From NCBI GenBank assembly GCA_964016885.1, contig OZ024759.1, positions 2,356,001 through 2,420,000 on the forward strand: a stretch of DNA of 64,000 nt, in the 5' to 3' direction. The translations under genes were made by a program, and so were the position numbers. Below are positions 42,302 to 58,936 of this stretch, one piece after another. The notes beneath the pieces were generated by a model. It did no database searches. It was not told the origin of the DNA and worked only from the letters and a program-made list of their open reading frames with translations. The number at the start of each line of letters is the position of its first letter. Position 1 is the first letter of the stretch. Source of the stretch: Eledone cirrhosa (lineage: Eukaryota).

Positions 42302-45300
42302 GTCTATATTAGTAACATGACAGTCTACATTAGTAACATGACACAGTCTATATTAGTAACATGACAAAGTCGATATTAGTAACATGACAATGTCTATATT
42401 AGTAACATGACAAAGTCTATATTAGTAACATGACAAAGTCTATATTAGTAGCAGGACAAAGTCTATATTAGTAACATGACAAAGTCTATATTAGTAACAT
42501 GACAAAGTCTATATTAGTAACATGACACAGTCTATATTAGTAACATGACAAAGTCTATATTAGTAGCATGACAAAGTCTATATTAGTAACATGACAAAGT
42601 CTATATTAGTAACATGACAAAGTCTATATTAGTAACATGACAAAGTCTATATTAGTAACATGACAAAGTCTATATTAGTAACATGACACAGTCTATATTA
42701 GTAACATGACAGTCTATATTAGTAACATGACAGTCTACATTAGTAACATGACACACTCTATATTAGTAACATGACACAGTCTATATTAGTAGCATGACAA
42801 AGTCTATATTAGTAACATGACACAGTCTATATTAGTAGCATGACACAGTCTATATTAGTAACATGACAAAGTCTATATTAGTAACATGACAAAGTCTATA
42901 TTAGTAACATGACAAAGTCTATATTAGTAACATGACAAAGTCTATATTAGTAGCATGACAAAGTCTATATTAGTAACATGACAAAGTCTATATTAGTAAC
43001 ATGGCAAAGTCTATATTAGTAACATGACAAAGTCTATATTAGTAACATGACACAGTCTATATTAGTAGCATGATAAAGTCTATATTAGTAACATGACAAA
43101 GTCTATATTAGTAGCATGACACAGTCTATATTAGTAACATGACAAAGTCTATATTAGTAACATGACAGTCTATATTAGTAACATGACACAGTCTATATTA
43201 GTAACATGACACAGTCTATATTAGTAACATGATACAGTCTATATTAGTAACATGACAAAGTCTATATTAGTAACATGACACAGTCTATATTAGTAACATG
43301 ACACAGTCTATATTAGTAACATGACAAAGTCTATATTAGTAACATGACACAGTTTATATTAGTAACATGACACAGTCTATATAAGTAGCATGACAAAGTC
43401 TATGTTAGTAACATGACACAGTCTATATTAGTAGCATCACACAGTCTATATTAGTAACATGACAAAGTCTATATTAGTAACATGACAAAGTCTATATTAG
43501 TAACATGACAAAGTCTATACTAGTTACATGACAGTCTATATTAGTAACATGACACAGTCTATATTAGTAACATGACAAAGTCTATATTAGTAACATGACA
43601 AAGTCTATATTAGTAACATGACAAAGTCTATATTAGTAACATGACAAAGTCTATATTAGTAACATGACAAAGTCTATATTAGTAACATGACACAGTCTAT
43701 ATTAGTAACATGACAAAGTCTATGTTAGTAACATGACAAAGTCTATATTAGTAGCATGACAAAGTCTATATTAGTAACATGACAAAGTCTATATTAGTAA
43801 CATGACACAGTCTATATTAGTAACATGACAGTCTATATTAGTAACATGACAGTCTACATTAGTAACATGACACAGTCTATATTAGTAACATGACAAAGTC
43901 GATATTAGTAACATGACAATGTCTATATTAGTAACATGACAAAGTCTATATTAGTAACATGACACAGTCTATATTAGTAACATGACAAAGTCTATATTAG
44001 TAACATGGCAAAGTCTATATTATAACATGACAAAGTCTATATTAGTAACATGACAAAGTCTATATTAGTAACATGACACAGTCTATATTAGTAACATGAC
44101 AAAGTCTATATTAGTAACATGACAAAGTCTATATTAGTAACATGGCAAAGTCTATATTAGTAACATGACAAAGTCTATATTAGTAACATGACAAAGTCTA
44201 TATTAGTAGCATGACAAAGTCTATATTAGTAACATGACAAAGTCTATATTAGTAACATGACAAAGTCTATATTAGTAACATGACACAGTCTATATTAGTA
44301 ACATGACAAAGTCTATATTAGTAGCATGACAAAGTCTATATTAGTAACATGACAAAGTCTATATTAGTAACATGACAAAGTCTATATTAGTAACATGACA
44401 AAGTCTATATTAGTAACATGACAAAGTCTATATTAGTAACATGACACAGTCTATATTAGTAACATGACAGTCTATATTAGTAACATGACAGTCTACATTA
44501 GTAACATGACACAGTCTATATTAGTAACATGACAAAGTCGATATTAGTAACATGACAATGTCTATATTAGTAACATGACAAAGTCTATATTAGTAACATG
44601 ACAAAGTCTATATTAGTAACATGACAAAGTCTATATTAGTAACATGACAAAGTCTATATTAGTAGCATGACAAAGTCTATATTAGTAACATGACAAAGTC
44701 TATATTAGTAACATGACAAAGTCTATATTAGTAACATGACAAAGTCTATATTAGTAACATGACAAAGTCTATATTAGTAACATGACACAGTCTATATTAG
44801 TAACATGACAGTCTATATTAGTAACATGACAGTCTACATTAGTAACATGACACAGTCTATAATAGTAACATGACAAAGTCGATATTAGTAACATGACAAA
44901 GTCTATATTAGTAACATGACAAAGTCTATATTAGTAACATGACAAAGTCTATATTAGTAACATGACAAAGTCTATATTAGTAACATGACACAGTCTATAT
45001 TAGTAACATGACACAGTCTATATTAGTAGCATGACAAAGTCTATATTAGTAACATGACACAGTCTATATTAGTAACATGACAAAGTCTATATTAGTAACA
45101 TGACACAGTCTATATTAGTAACATGACAAAGTCTATATTAGTAGCATGACAAAGTCTATATTAGTAGCATGACAAAGTCTATATTAGTAGCATGACAAAG
45201 TCTATATTAGTAACATGACAAAGTCTATATTAGTAACATGACAACGTCTATATTAGTAACATGACACAGTCTATATTAGTAACATGACACAGTCTATATT

Positions 45301-46276
45301 AGTAGCATGACAAAGTCTATATTAGTAACATGACACAGTCTATATTAGTAACATGACACAGTCTATATTAGTAACATGACACAGTCTATATTAATAGCAT
45401 GACAAAGTCTATATTAGTAACATGACACAGTCTATATTAGTAACATGACAAAGTCTATATTAGTAACATGACACAGTCTATATTAGTAACATGACAAAGT
45501 CTATGTTTGTAGCATGACAAAGTCTATATTAGTAGCATGACAAAGTCTATATTAGTAGCATGACAAAGTCTATATTAGTAACATGACAAAGTCTATATTA
45601 GTAACATGACAAAGTCTATATTAGTAACATGACACAGTCTATATTAGTAGCATGACACAGTCTATATTAGTAACATGACAAAGTCTATATTAGTAGCATG
45701 ACAAAGTCTATATTAGTAACATGACACAGTCTATATTAGTAACATGACAAAGTCTATATTAGTAACATGACAAAGTCTATATTAGTAACATGACACAGTC
45801 TATATTAGTAACATGACAATGTCTATATTAGTAACATGACAAAGTCTATATTAGTAACATGACACAGTCTATATTAGTAACATGACACAGTCTATATTAG
45901 TAACATGACACAGTCTATATTAGTAACATGACACAGTCTATATTAGTAACATGACACAGTCTATATTTGTAACATGACAAAGTCTATATTAGTAACATGA
46001 CAAAGTCTATATTAGTAACATGACAAAGTCTATATTAGTAACATGACACAGTCTATATTAGTAACATGACACAGTCTATATTAGTAACATGACACAGTCT
46101 ATATTAGTAACATGACAAAGTCTATATTAGTAGCATGACAAAGTCTATATTAGTAGCATGACAAAGTCTATATTAGTAGCATGACAAAGTCTATATTAGT
46201 AACATGACAGTCTATATTAGTAACATGACAAAGTCTATATTAGTAGCATGACAAAGTCTATATTAGTAACATGACA
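39696..46276. repeat. ~6.6-kb block duplicating 19406-25986 at an offset of 20290 bp
   Basis: GCAGGAC (22164/42454), ACACACTC (22461/42751), TGATAAAG (22781/43071), TAGTTACATG (23231/43521) and TATGTTTG (25215/45505) are all offset by 20290. Confidence 0.9.
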
Positions 46277-49200
46277 GTCTATATTAGTAACATGACAGTC
46301 TATATTAGTAACATGACACAGTCTATATTAGTAACATGACACGGTCTATATTAGTAACATGACAAAGTCTATATTAGTAACATGAGACAGTCTATATTAG
46401 TAACATGACAAAGTCTATATTAGTAACATGACAAAGTCTATATTAGTAACATGACACAGTCTATATTAGTAACATGACAAAGTCTATATTAGTAACATGA
46501 CACAGTCTATATTAGTAACATGGCAAAGTCTATATTAGTAACATGACAAAGTCTATATTATTAACATGACAAAGTCTATATTAGTAACATGACAGTCTAT
46601 ATTAGTAACATTACAAAGTCTATATTAGTAGCATGACAAAGTCTATATTAGTAACATGACAAAGTCTATATTAGTAACATGACAAAGTCTATATTAGTAA
46701 TATGACAAAGTCTATATTAGTAACATGACAAAGTCTATATTAGTAACATGACAAAGTCTATATTAGTAACATGACACAGTCTATATTAGTAGCATGACAA
46801 AGTCTATATTAGTAACATGACACAGTCTATATTATTAACATGACAAAGTCTATATTAGTAACATGACACAGTCTATATTAGTAACATGACACAGTCTATA
46901 TTAGTAACATGACACAGTCTATATTAGTAACATGACACAGTCTATATTAGTAGCATGACAAAGTCTATATTAGTAACATGACACAGTCTATATTAGTAAC
47001 ATGACAAAGTCTATATTAGTAACATGACAAAGTCTATATTAGTAACATGACAAAGTCTATATTAGTAGCATGACAAAGTCTATATTAGTAACATGACACA
47101 GTCTATATTAGTAACATGACAGTCTATATTAGTAACATGACAGTCTACATTAGTAACATGACACAGTCTATAATAGTAACATGACAAAGTCGATATTAGT
47201 AACATGACAAAGTCTATATTAGTAACATGACAACGTCTATATTAGTAACATGACAAAGTCTATATTAGTAACATGACAAAGTCTATATTAGTAACATGAC
47301 ACAGTCTATATTAGTAACATGACACAGTCTATATTAGTAGCATGACAAAGTCTATATTAGTAACATGACACAGTCTATATTAGTAACATGACAAAGTCTA
47401 TATTAGTACCATGACACAGTCTATATTAGTAACATGACAAAGTCTATATTAGTAGCATGACAAAGTCTATATTAGTAGCATGACAAAGTCTATATTAGTA
47501 GCATGACAAAGTCTATATTAGTAACATGACAAAGTCTATATTAGTAACATGACAACGTCTATATTAGTAACATGACACAGTTTATATTAGTAACATGACA
47601 CAGTCTATATTAGTAGCATGACAAAGTCTATATTAGTAACATGACACAGTCTATATTAGTAACATGACACAGTCTATATTAGTAACATGACACAGTCTAT
47701 ATTAATAGCATGACAAAGTCTATATTAGTAACATGACACAGTCTATATTAGTAACATGACAAAGTCTATATTAGTAACATGACACAGTCTATATTAGTAA
47801 CATGACAAAGTCTATGTTTGTAGCATGACAAAGTCTATATTAGTAGCATGACAAAGTCTATATTAGTAGCATGACAAAGTCTATATTAGTAACATGACAA
47901 AGTCTATATTAGTAACATGACAAAGTCTATATTAGTAACATGACACAGTCTATATTAGTAGCATGACACAGTCTATATTAGTAACATGACAAAGTCTATA
48001 TTAGTAGCATGACAAAGTCTATATTAGTAACATGACACAGTCTATATTAGTAACATGACAAAGTCTATATTAGTAACATGACAAAGTCTATATTAGTAAC
48101 ATGACACAGTCTATATTAGTAACATGACAATGTCTATATTAGTAACATGACAAAGTCTATATTAGTAACATGACACAGTCTATATTAGTAACATGACACA
48201 GTCTATATTAGTAACATGACACAGTCTATATTAGTAACATGACACAGTCTATATTAGTAACATGACACAGTCTATATTTGTTAAATGACAAAGTCTATAT
48301 TAGTAACATGACAAAGTCTATATTAGTAACATGACAAAGTCTATATTAGTAACATGACACAGTCTATATTAGTAACATGACACAGTTTATATTAGTAACA
48401 TGACACAGTCTATATTAGTAACATGACAAAGTCTATATTAGTAGCATGACAAAGTCTATATTAGTAGCATGACAAAGTCTATATTAGTAGCATGACAAAG
48501 TCTATATTAGTAACATGACAGTCTATATTAGTAACATGACAAAGTCTATATTAGTAGCATGACAAAGTCTATATTAGTAACATGACAGTCTATATTAGTA
48601 ACATGACAGTCTATATTAGTAACATGACACAGTCTATATTAGTAACATGACACGGTCTATATTAGTAACATGACAAAGTCTATATTAGTAACATGAGACA
48701 GTCTATATTAGTAACATGACAAAGTCTATATTAGTAACATGACAAAGTCTATATTAGTAACATGACACAGTCTATATTAGTAACATGACAAAGTCTATAT
48801 TAGTAACATGACACAGTCTATATTAGTAACATGGCAAAGTCTATATTAGTAACATGACAAAGTCTATATTAGTAACATGACAAAGTCTATATTAGTAACA
48901 TGACAAAGTCTATATTAGTAACATGACAAAGTCTATATTAGTAACATGACAAAGTCTATATTAGTAACATGACAGTCTATATTAGTAACATTACAAAGTC
49001 TATATTAGTAGCATGACAAAGTCTATATTAGTAACATGACAAAGTCTATATTAGTAACATGACACAGTCTATATTAGTAACATGACAAAGTCTATATTAG
49101 TAACATGACACAGTCTATATTAGTAACATGACACAGTCTATATTAGTAACATGACACAGTCTATATTAGTAACATGACACAGTCTATATTAGTAACATGA

Positions 49201-52200
49201 CAAAGTCTATATTAGTAACATGACACAGTCTATATTAGTAACATGACACAGTCTATATTAGTAACATGACACAGTCTATATTAGTAACATGACACAGTCT
49301 ATATTAGTAGCATGACAAAGTCTATATTAGTAACATGACACAGTCTATATTAGTAACATGACAAAGTCTATATTAGTAACATGACACAGTCTATATTAGT
49401 AACATGACAAAGTCTATATTAGTAGCATGACAAAGTCTATATTAGTAGCATGACAAAGTCTATATTAGTAGCATGACAAAGTCTATATTAGTAACATGAC
49501 AAAGTCTATATTAGTAACATGACAACGTCTATATTAGTAACATGACACAGTCTATATTAGTAACATGACACAGTCTATATTAGTAGCATGACAAAGTCTA
49601 TATTAGTAACATGACACAGTCTATATTAGTAACATGACACAGTCTATATTAGTAACATGACACAGTCTATATTAATAGCATGACAAAGTCTATATTAGTA
49701 ACATGACACAGTCTATATTAGTAACATGACAAAGTCTATATTAGTAACATGACAGTCTATATTAGTAACATGACAGTCTACATTAGTAACATGACACAGT
49801 CTATAATAGTAACATGACAAAGTCAATATTAGTAACATGACAAAGTCTATATTAGTAACATGACAAAGTCTATATTAGTAACATGACAAAGTCTATATTA
49901 GTAACATGACAAAGTCTATATTAGTAACATGACACAGTCTATATTAGTAACATGACACAGTCTATATTAGTAGCATGACAAAGTCTATATTAGTAACATG
50001 ACACAGTCTATATTAGTAACATGACAAAGTCTATATTAGTAACATGACACAGTCTATATTAGTAACATGACAAAGTCTATATTAGTAGCATGACAAAGTC
50101 TATATTAGTAGCATGACAAAGTCTATATTAGTAGCATGACAAAGTCTATATTAGTAACATGACAAAGTCTATATTAGTAACATGACAACGTCTATATTAG
50201 TAACATGACACAGTCTATATTAGTAACATGACACAGTCTATATTAGTAGCATGACAAAGTCTATATTAGTAACATGACACAGTCTATATTAGTAACATGA
50301 CACAGTCTATATTAGTAACATGACACAGTCTATATTAATAGCATGACAAAGTCTATATTAGTAACATGACACAGTCTATATTAGTAACATGACAAAGTCT
50401 ATATTAGTAACATGACACAGTCTATATTAGTAACATGACAAAGTCTATGTTTGTAGCATGACAAAGTCTATATTAGTAGCATGACAAAGTCTATATTAGT
50501 AGCATGACAAAGTCTATATTAGTAACATGACAAAGTCTATATTAGTAACATGACAAAGTCTATATTAGTAACATGACACAGTCTATATTAGTAGCATGAC
50601 ACAGTCTATATTAGTAACATGACAAAGTCTATATTAGTAGCATGACAAAGTCTATATTAGTAACATGACACAGTCTATATTAGTAACATGACAAAGTCTA
50701 TATTAGTAACATGACAAAGTCTATATTAGTAACATGACACAGTCTATATTAGTAACATGACAATGTCTATATTAGTAACATGACAAAGTCTATATTAGTA
50801 ACATGACACAGTCTATATTAGTAACATGACACAGTCTATATTAGTAACATGACACAGTCTATATTAGTAACATGACACAGTCTATATTAGTAACATGACA
50901 CAGTCTATATTTGTAACATGACAAAGTCTATATTAGTAACATGACAAAGTCTATATTAGTAACATGACAAAGTCTATATTAGTAACATGACACAGTCTAT
51001 ATTAGTAACATGACACAGTCTATATTAGTAACATGACACAGTCTATATTAGTAACATGACAAAGTCTATATTAGTAGCATGACAAAGTCTATATTAGTAG
51101 CATGACAAAGTCTATATTAGTAGCATGACAAAGTCTATATTAGTAACATGACAGTCTATATTAGTAACATGACAAAGTCTATATTAGTAGCATGACAAAG
51201 TCTATATTAGTAACATGACAGTCTATATTAGTAACATGACAGTCTATATTAGTAACATGACACAGTCTATATTAGTAACATGACACGGTCTATATTAGTA
51301 ACATGACAAAGTCTATATTAGTAACATGAGACAGTCTATATTAGTAACATGACAAAGTCTATATTAGTAACATGACAAAGTCTATATTAGTAACATGACA
51401 CAGTCTATATTAGTAACATGACAAAGTCTATATTAGTAACATGACACAGTCTATATTAGTAACATGGCAAAGTCTATATTAGTAACATGACAAAGTCTAT
51501 ATTAGTAACATGACAAAGTCTATATTAGTAACATGACAAAGTCTATATTAGTAACATGACAAAGTCTATATTAGTAACATGACAAAGTCTATATTAGTAA
51601 CATGACAGTCTATATTAGTAACATTACAAAGTCTATATTAGTAGCATGACAAAGTCTATATTAGTAACATGACAAAGTCTATATTAGTAACATGACAAAG
51701 TCTATATTAGTAATATGACAAAGTCTATATTAGTAACATGACAAAGTCTATATTAGTAACATGACAAAGTCTATATTAGTAACATGACACAGTCTATATT
51801 AGTAGCATGACAAAGTCTATATTAGTAACATGACACAGTCTATATTATTAACATGACAAAGTCTATATTAGTAACATGACACAGTCTATATTAGTAACAT
51901 GACACAGTCTATATTAGTAACATGACACAGTCTATATTAGTAACATGACACAGTCTATATTAGTAGCATGACAAAGTCTATATTAGTAACATGACACAGT
52001 CTATATTAGTAACATGACAAAGTCTATATTAGTAACATGACAAAGTCTATATTAGTAACATGACAAAGTCTATATTAGTAGCATGACAAAGTCTATATTA
52101 GTAACATGACACAGTCTATATTAGTAACATGAGAGTCTATATTAGTAACATGACAGTCTACATTAGTAACATGACACAGTCTATAATAGTAACATGACAA

Positions 52201-55200
52201 AGTCGATATTAGTAACATGACAAAGTCTATATTATTAACATGACAACGTCTATATTAGTAACATGACAAAGTCTATATTAGTAACATGACAAAGTCTATA
52301 TTAGTAACATGACACAGTCTATATTAGTAACATGACACAGTCTATATTAGTAGCATGACAAAGTCTATATTAGTAACATGACACAGTCTATATTAGTAAC
52401 ATGACAAAGTCTATATTAGTAACATGACACAGTCTATATTAGTAACATGACAAAGTCTATATTAGTAGCATGACAAAGTCTATATTAGTAGCATGACAAA
52501 GTCTATATTAGTAGCATGACAAAGTCTATATTAGTAACATGACAAAGTCTATATTAGTAACATGACAACGTCTATATTAGTAACATGACACAGTTTATAT
52601 TAGTAACATGACACAGTCTATATTAGTAGCATGACAAAGTCTATATTAGTAACATGACACAGTCTATATTAGTAACATGACACAGTCTATATTAGTAACA
52701 TGACACAGTCTATATTAATAGCATGACAAAGTCTATATTAGTAACATGACACACTCTATATTAGTAACATGACAAAGTCTATATTAGTAACATGACACAG
52801 TCTATATTAGTAACATGACAAAGTCTATGTTTGTAGCATGACAAAGTCTATATTAGTAGCATGACAAAGTCTATATTAGTAGCATGACAAAGTCTATATT
52901 AGTAACATGACAAAGTCTATATTAGTAACATGACAAAGTCTATATTAGTAACATGACAAAGTCTATATTAGTAACATGACACAGTCTATATTAGTAACAT
53001 GACAAAGTCTATATTAGTAACATGACACAGTCTATATTAGTAACATGACAAAGTCTATGTTTGTAGCATGACAAAGTCTATATTAGTAGCATGACAAAGT
53101 CTATATTAGTAGCATGACAAAGTCTATATTAGTAACATGACAAAGTCTATATTAGTAACATGACAAAGTCTATATTAGTAACATGACACAGTCTATATTA
53201 GTAGCATGACACAGTCTATATTAGTAACATGACAAAGTCTATATTAGTAGCATGACAAAGTCTATATTAGTAACATGACACAGTCTATATTAGTAACATG
53301 ACAAAGTCTATATTAGTAACATGACAAAGTCTATATTAGTAACATGACACAGTCTATATTAGTAACATGACAATGTCTATATTAGTAACATGACAAAGTC
53401 TATATTAGTAACATGACACAGTCTATATTAGTAACATGACACAGTCTATATTAGTAACATGACACAGTCTATATTAGTAACATGACACAGTCTATATTAG
53501 TAACATGACACAGTCTATATTAGTAACATGACAAAGTCTATATTAGTAACATGACACAGTCTATATTAGTAACATGACAATGTCTATATTAGTAACATGA
53601 CAAAGTCTATATTAGTAACATGACACAGTCTATATTAGTAACATGACACAGTCTATATTAGTAACATGACACAGTCTATATTAGTAACATGACACAGTCT
53701 ATATTAGTAACATGACACAGTCTATATTTGTAACATGATAAAGTCTATATTAGTAACATGACAAAGTCTATATTAGTAACATGACAAAGTCTATATTAGT
53801 AACATGACACAGTCTATATTAGTAACATGACACAGTCTATATTAGTAACATGACACAGTCTATATTAGTAACATGACAAAGTCTATATTAGTAGCATGAC
53901 AAAGTCTATATTAGTAGCATGACAAAGTCTATATTAGTAGCATGACAAACTCTATATTAGTAACATGACAGTCTATATTAGTAACATGACAAAGTCTATA
54001 TTAGTAGCATGACAAAGTCTATATTAGTAACATGACAGTCTATATTAGTAACATGACAGTCTATATTAGTAACATGACACAGTCTATATTAGTAACATGA
54101 CACGGTCTATATTAGTAACATGACAAAGTCTATATTAGTAACATGAGACAGTCTATATTAGTAACATGACAAAGTCTATATTAGTAACATGACAAAGTCT
54201 ATATTAGTAACATGACACAGTCTATATTAGTAACATGACAAAGTCTATATTAGTAACATGACACAGTCTATATTAGTAACATGGCAAAGTCTATATTAGT
54301 AACATGACAAAGTCTATATTAGTAACATGACAAAGTCTATATTAGTAACATGACAAAGTCTATATTAGTAACATGACAAAGTCTATATTAGTAACATGAC
54401 AAAGTCTATATTAGTAACATGACAGTCTATATTAGTAACATTACAAAGTCTATATTAGTAGCATGACAAAGTCTATATTAGTAACATGACAAAGTCTATA
54501 TTAGTAACATGACAAAGTCTATATTAGTAATATGACAAAGTCTATATTAGTAACATGACAAAGTCTATATTAGTAACATGACAAAGTCTATATTAGTAAC
54601 ATGACACAGTCTATATTAGTAGCATGACAAAGTCTATATTAGTAACATGACACAGTCTATATTATTAACATGACAAAGTCTATATTAGTAACATGACACA
54701 GTCTATATTAGTAACATGACACAGTCTATATTAGTAACATGACACAGTCTATATTAGTAACATGACACAGTCTATATTAGTAGCATGACAAAGTCTATAT
54801 TAGTAACATGACACAGTCTATATTAGTAACATGACAAAGTCTATATTAGTAACATGACAAAGTCTATATTAGTAACATGACAAAGTCTATATTAGTAGCA
54901 TGACAAAGTCTATATTAGTAACATGACACAGTCTATATTAGTAACATGACAGTCTATATTAGTAACATGACAGTCTACATTAGTAACATGACACAGTCTA
55001 TAATAGTAACATGACAAAGTCGATATTAGTAACATGACAAAGTCTATATTAGTAACATGACAACGTCTATATTAGTAACATGACAAAGTCTATATTAGTA
55101 ACATGACAAAGTCTATATTAGTAACATGACACAGTCTATATTAGTAACATGACACAGTCTATATTAGTAGCATGACAAAGTCTATATTAGTAACATGACA

Positions 55201-58200
55201 CAGTCTATATTAGTAACATGACAAAGTCTATATTAGTAACATGACACAGTCTATATTAGTAACATGACAAAGTCTATATTAGTAGCATGACAAAGTCTAT
55301 ATTAGTAGCATGACAAAGTCTATATTAGTAGCATGACAAAGTCTATATTAGTAACATGACAAAGTCTATATTAGTAACATGACAACGTCTATATTAGTAA
55401 CATGACACAGTTTATATTAGTAACATGACACAGTCTATATTAGTAGCATGACAAAGTCTATATTAGTAACATGACACAGTCTATATTAGTAACATGACAC
55501 AGTCTATATTAGTAACATGACACAGTCTATATTAATAGCATGACAAAGTCTATATTAGTAACATGACACAGTCTATATTAGTAACATGACAAAGTCTATA
55601 TTAGTAACATGACACAGTCTATATTAGTAACATGACAAAGTCTATGTTTGTAGCATGACAAAGTCTATATTAGTAGCATGACAAAGTCTATATTAGTAGC
55701 ATGACAAAGTCTATATTAGTAACATGACAAAGTCTATATTAGTAACATGACAAAGTCTATATTAGTAACATGACACAGTCTATATTAGTAGCATGACACA
55801 GTCTATATTAGTAACATGACAAAGTCTATATTAGTAGCATGACAAAGTCTATATTAGTAACATGACACAGTCTATATTAGTAACATGACAAAGTCTATAT
55901 TAGTAACATGACAAAGTCTATATTAGTAACATGACACAGTCTATATTAGTAACATGACAATGTCTATATTAGTAACATGACAAAGTCTATATTAGTAACA
56001 TGACACAGTCTATATTAGTAACATGACACAGTCTATATTAGTAACATGACACAGTCTATATTAGTAACATGACACAGTCTATATTAGTAACATGACACAG
56101 TCTATATTTGTAACATGACAAAGTCTATATTAGTAACATGACAAAGTCTATATTAGTAACATGACAAAGTCTATATTAGTAACATGACACAGTCTATATT
56201 AGTAACATGACACAGTTTATATTAGTAACATGACACAGTCTATATTAGTAACATGACAAAGTCTATATTAGTAGCATGACAAAGTCTATATTAGTAGCAT
56301 GACAAAGTCTATATTAGTAGCATGACAAAGTCTATATTAGTAACATGACAGTCTATATTAGTAACATGACAGTCTATATTAGTAACATGACACAGTCTAT
56401 ATTAGTAACATGACACGGTCTATATTAGTAACATGACAAAGTCTATATTAGTAACATGAGACAGTCTATATTAGTAACATGACAAAGTCTATATTAGTAA
56501 CATGACAAAGTCTATATTAGTAACATGACACAGTCTATATTAGTAACATGACAAAGTCTATATTAGTAACATGACACAGTCTATATTAGTAACATGGCAA
56601 AGTCTATATTAGTAACATGACAAAGTCTATATTAGTAACATGACAAAGTCTATATTAGTAACATGACAAAGTCTATATTAGTAACATGACAAAGTCTATA
56701 TTAGTAACATGACAAAGTCTATATTAGTAACATGACAGTCTATATTAGTAACATTACAAAGTCTATATTAGTAGCATGACAAAGTCTATATTAGTAACAT
56801 GACAAAGTCTATATTAGTAACATGACACAGTCTATATTAGTAACATGACAAAGTCTATATTAGTAACATGACACAGTCTATATTAGTAACATGACACAGT
56901 CTATATTAGTAACATGACACAGTCTATATTAGTAACATGACACAGTCTATATTAGTAACATGACAAAGTCTATATTAGTAACATGACACAGTCTATATTA
57001 GTAACATGACACAGTCTATATTAGTAACATGACACAGTCTATATTAGTAACATGACACAGTCTATATTAGTAGCATGACAAAGTCTATATTAGTAACATG
57101 ACACAGTCTATATTAGTAACATGACAAAGTCTATATTAGTAACATGACACAGTCTATATTAGTAACATGACAAAGTCTATATTAGTAGCATGACAAAGTC
57201 TATATTAGTAGCATGACAAAGTCTATATTAGTAGCATGACAAAGTCTATATTAGTAACATGACAAAGTCTATATTAGTAACATGACAACGTCTATATTAG
57301 TAACATGACACAGTCTATATTAGTAACATGACACAGTCTATATTAGTAGCATGACAAAGTCTATATTAGTAACATGACACAGTCTATATTAGTAACATGA
57401 CACAGTCTATATTAGTAACATGACACAGTCTATATTAATAGCATGACAAAGTCTATATTAGTAACATGACACAGTCTATATTAGTAACATGACAAAGTCT
57501 ATATTAGTAACATGACACAGTCTATATTAGTAACATGACAAAGTCTATATTTGTAGCATGACAAAGTCTATATTAGTAGCATGACAAAGTCTATATTAGT
57601 AGCATGACAAAGTCTATATTAGTAACATGACAAAGTCTAAATTAGTAACATGACAAAGTCTATATTAGTAACATGACACAGTCTATATTAGTAGCATGAC
57701 ACAGTCTATATTAGTAACATGACAAAGTCTATATTAGTAGCATGACAAAGTCTATATTAGTAACATGACACAGTCTATATTAGTAACATGACAAAGTCTA
57801 TATTAGTAACATGACAAAGTCTATATTAGTAACATGACACAGTCTATATTAGTAACATGACAATGTCTATATTAGTAACATGACAAAGTCTATATTAGTA
57901 ACATGACACAGTCTATATTAGTAACATGACACAGTCTATATTAGTAACATGACACAGTCTATATTAGTAACATGACACAGTCTATATTAGTAGCATGACA
58001 CAGTCTATATTTGTAACATGACAAAGTCTATATTAGTAACATGACAAAGTCTATATTAGTAACATGACACAGTCTATATTAGTAACATGACACAGTCTAT
58101 ATTAGTAACATGACACAGTCTATATTAGTAACATGACACAGTCTATATTAGTAACATGACAAAGTCTATATTAGTAGCATGACAAAGTCTATATTAGTAG

Positions 58201-58250
58201 CATGACAAAGTCTATATTAGTAGCATGACAAAGTCTATATTAGTAACATG
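45000..58250. repeat. ~2.3-2.8 kb higher-order repeat, about five copies, marked by GACACGGTC and CATTACAAA variants
   Basis: CACGGTC occurs at 46343, 48654, 51287, 54104 and 56417 (spacings 2311, 2633, 2817, 2313). CATTACAAAG occurs near 46611, 48991, 51625, 54441 and 56755. Confidence 0.85.
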
Positions 58251-58936
58251 ACAAAGTCTATATTAGTAACATGACAAAGTCTATATTAGTAACATGACAC
58301 AGTCTATATTAGTAGCATGACAAAGTCTATATTAGTAACATGACACAGTCTATATTAGTAGCATGACAAAGTCTATATTAGTAACATGACACAGTCTATA
58401 TTAGTAACATGACACAGTCTATATTAGTAACATGACACAGTCTATATTAGTAACATGACAAAGTCTATATTAGTAACATGACAAAGTCTATATTAGTAAC
58501 ATGACAAAGTCTATATTAGTAACATGACACAGTCTATATTAGTAACATGACACAGTCTATATTAGTAACATGACAAAGTCTATATTAGTAGCATGACAAA
58601 GTCTATATTAGTAACATGACACAGTCTATATTAGTAGCATGACAAAGTCTATATTACTAACATGACACAGTCTATATTAATAACATGACAAAGTCTATAT
58701 TAGTAGCATGACAAAGTCTATATTAGTAACATGACACAGTCTATATTAGTAGCATGACAAAGTCTATATTAGTAACATGACAAAGTCTATATTAGTAACA
58801 TGACACAGTCTATATTAGTAACATGACAAAGTCTATATTAGTAACATGACAAAGTCTATATTAGTAACATGACACAGTCTATATTAGTAACATGACAAAG
58901 TCTATATTAGTAACATGACAAAGTCTATATTAGTAA

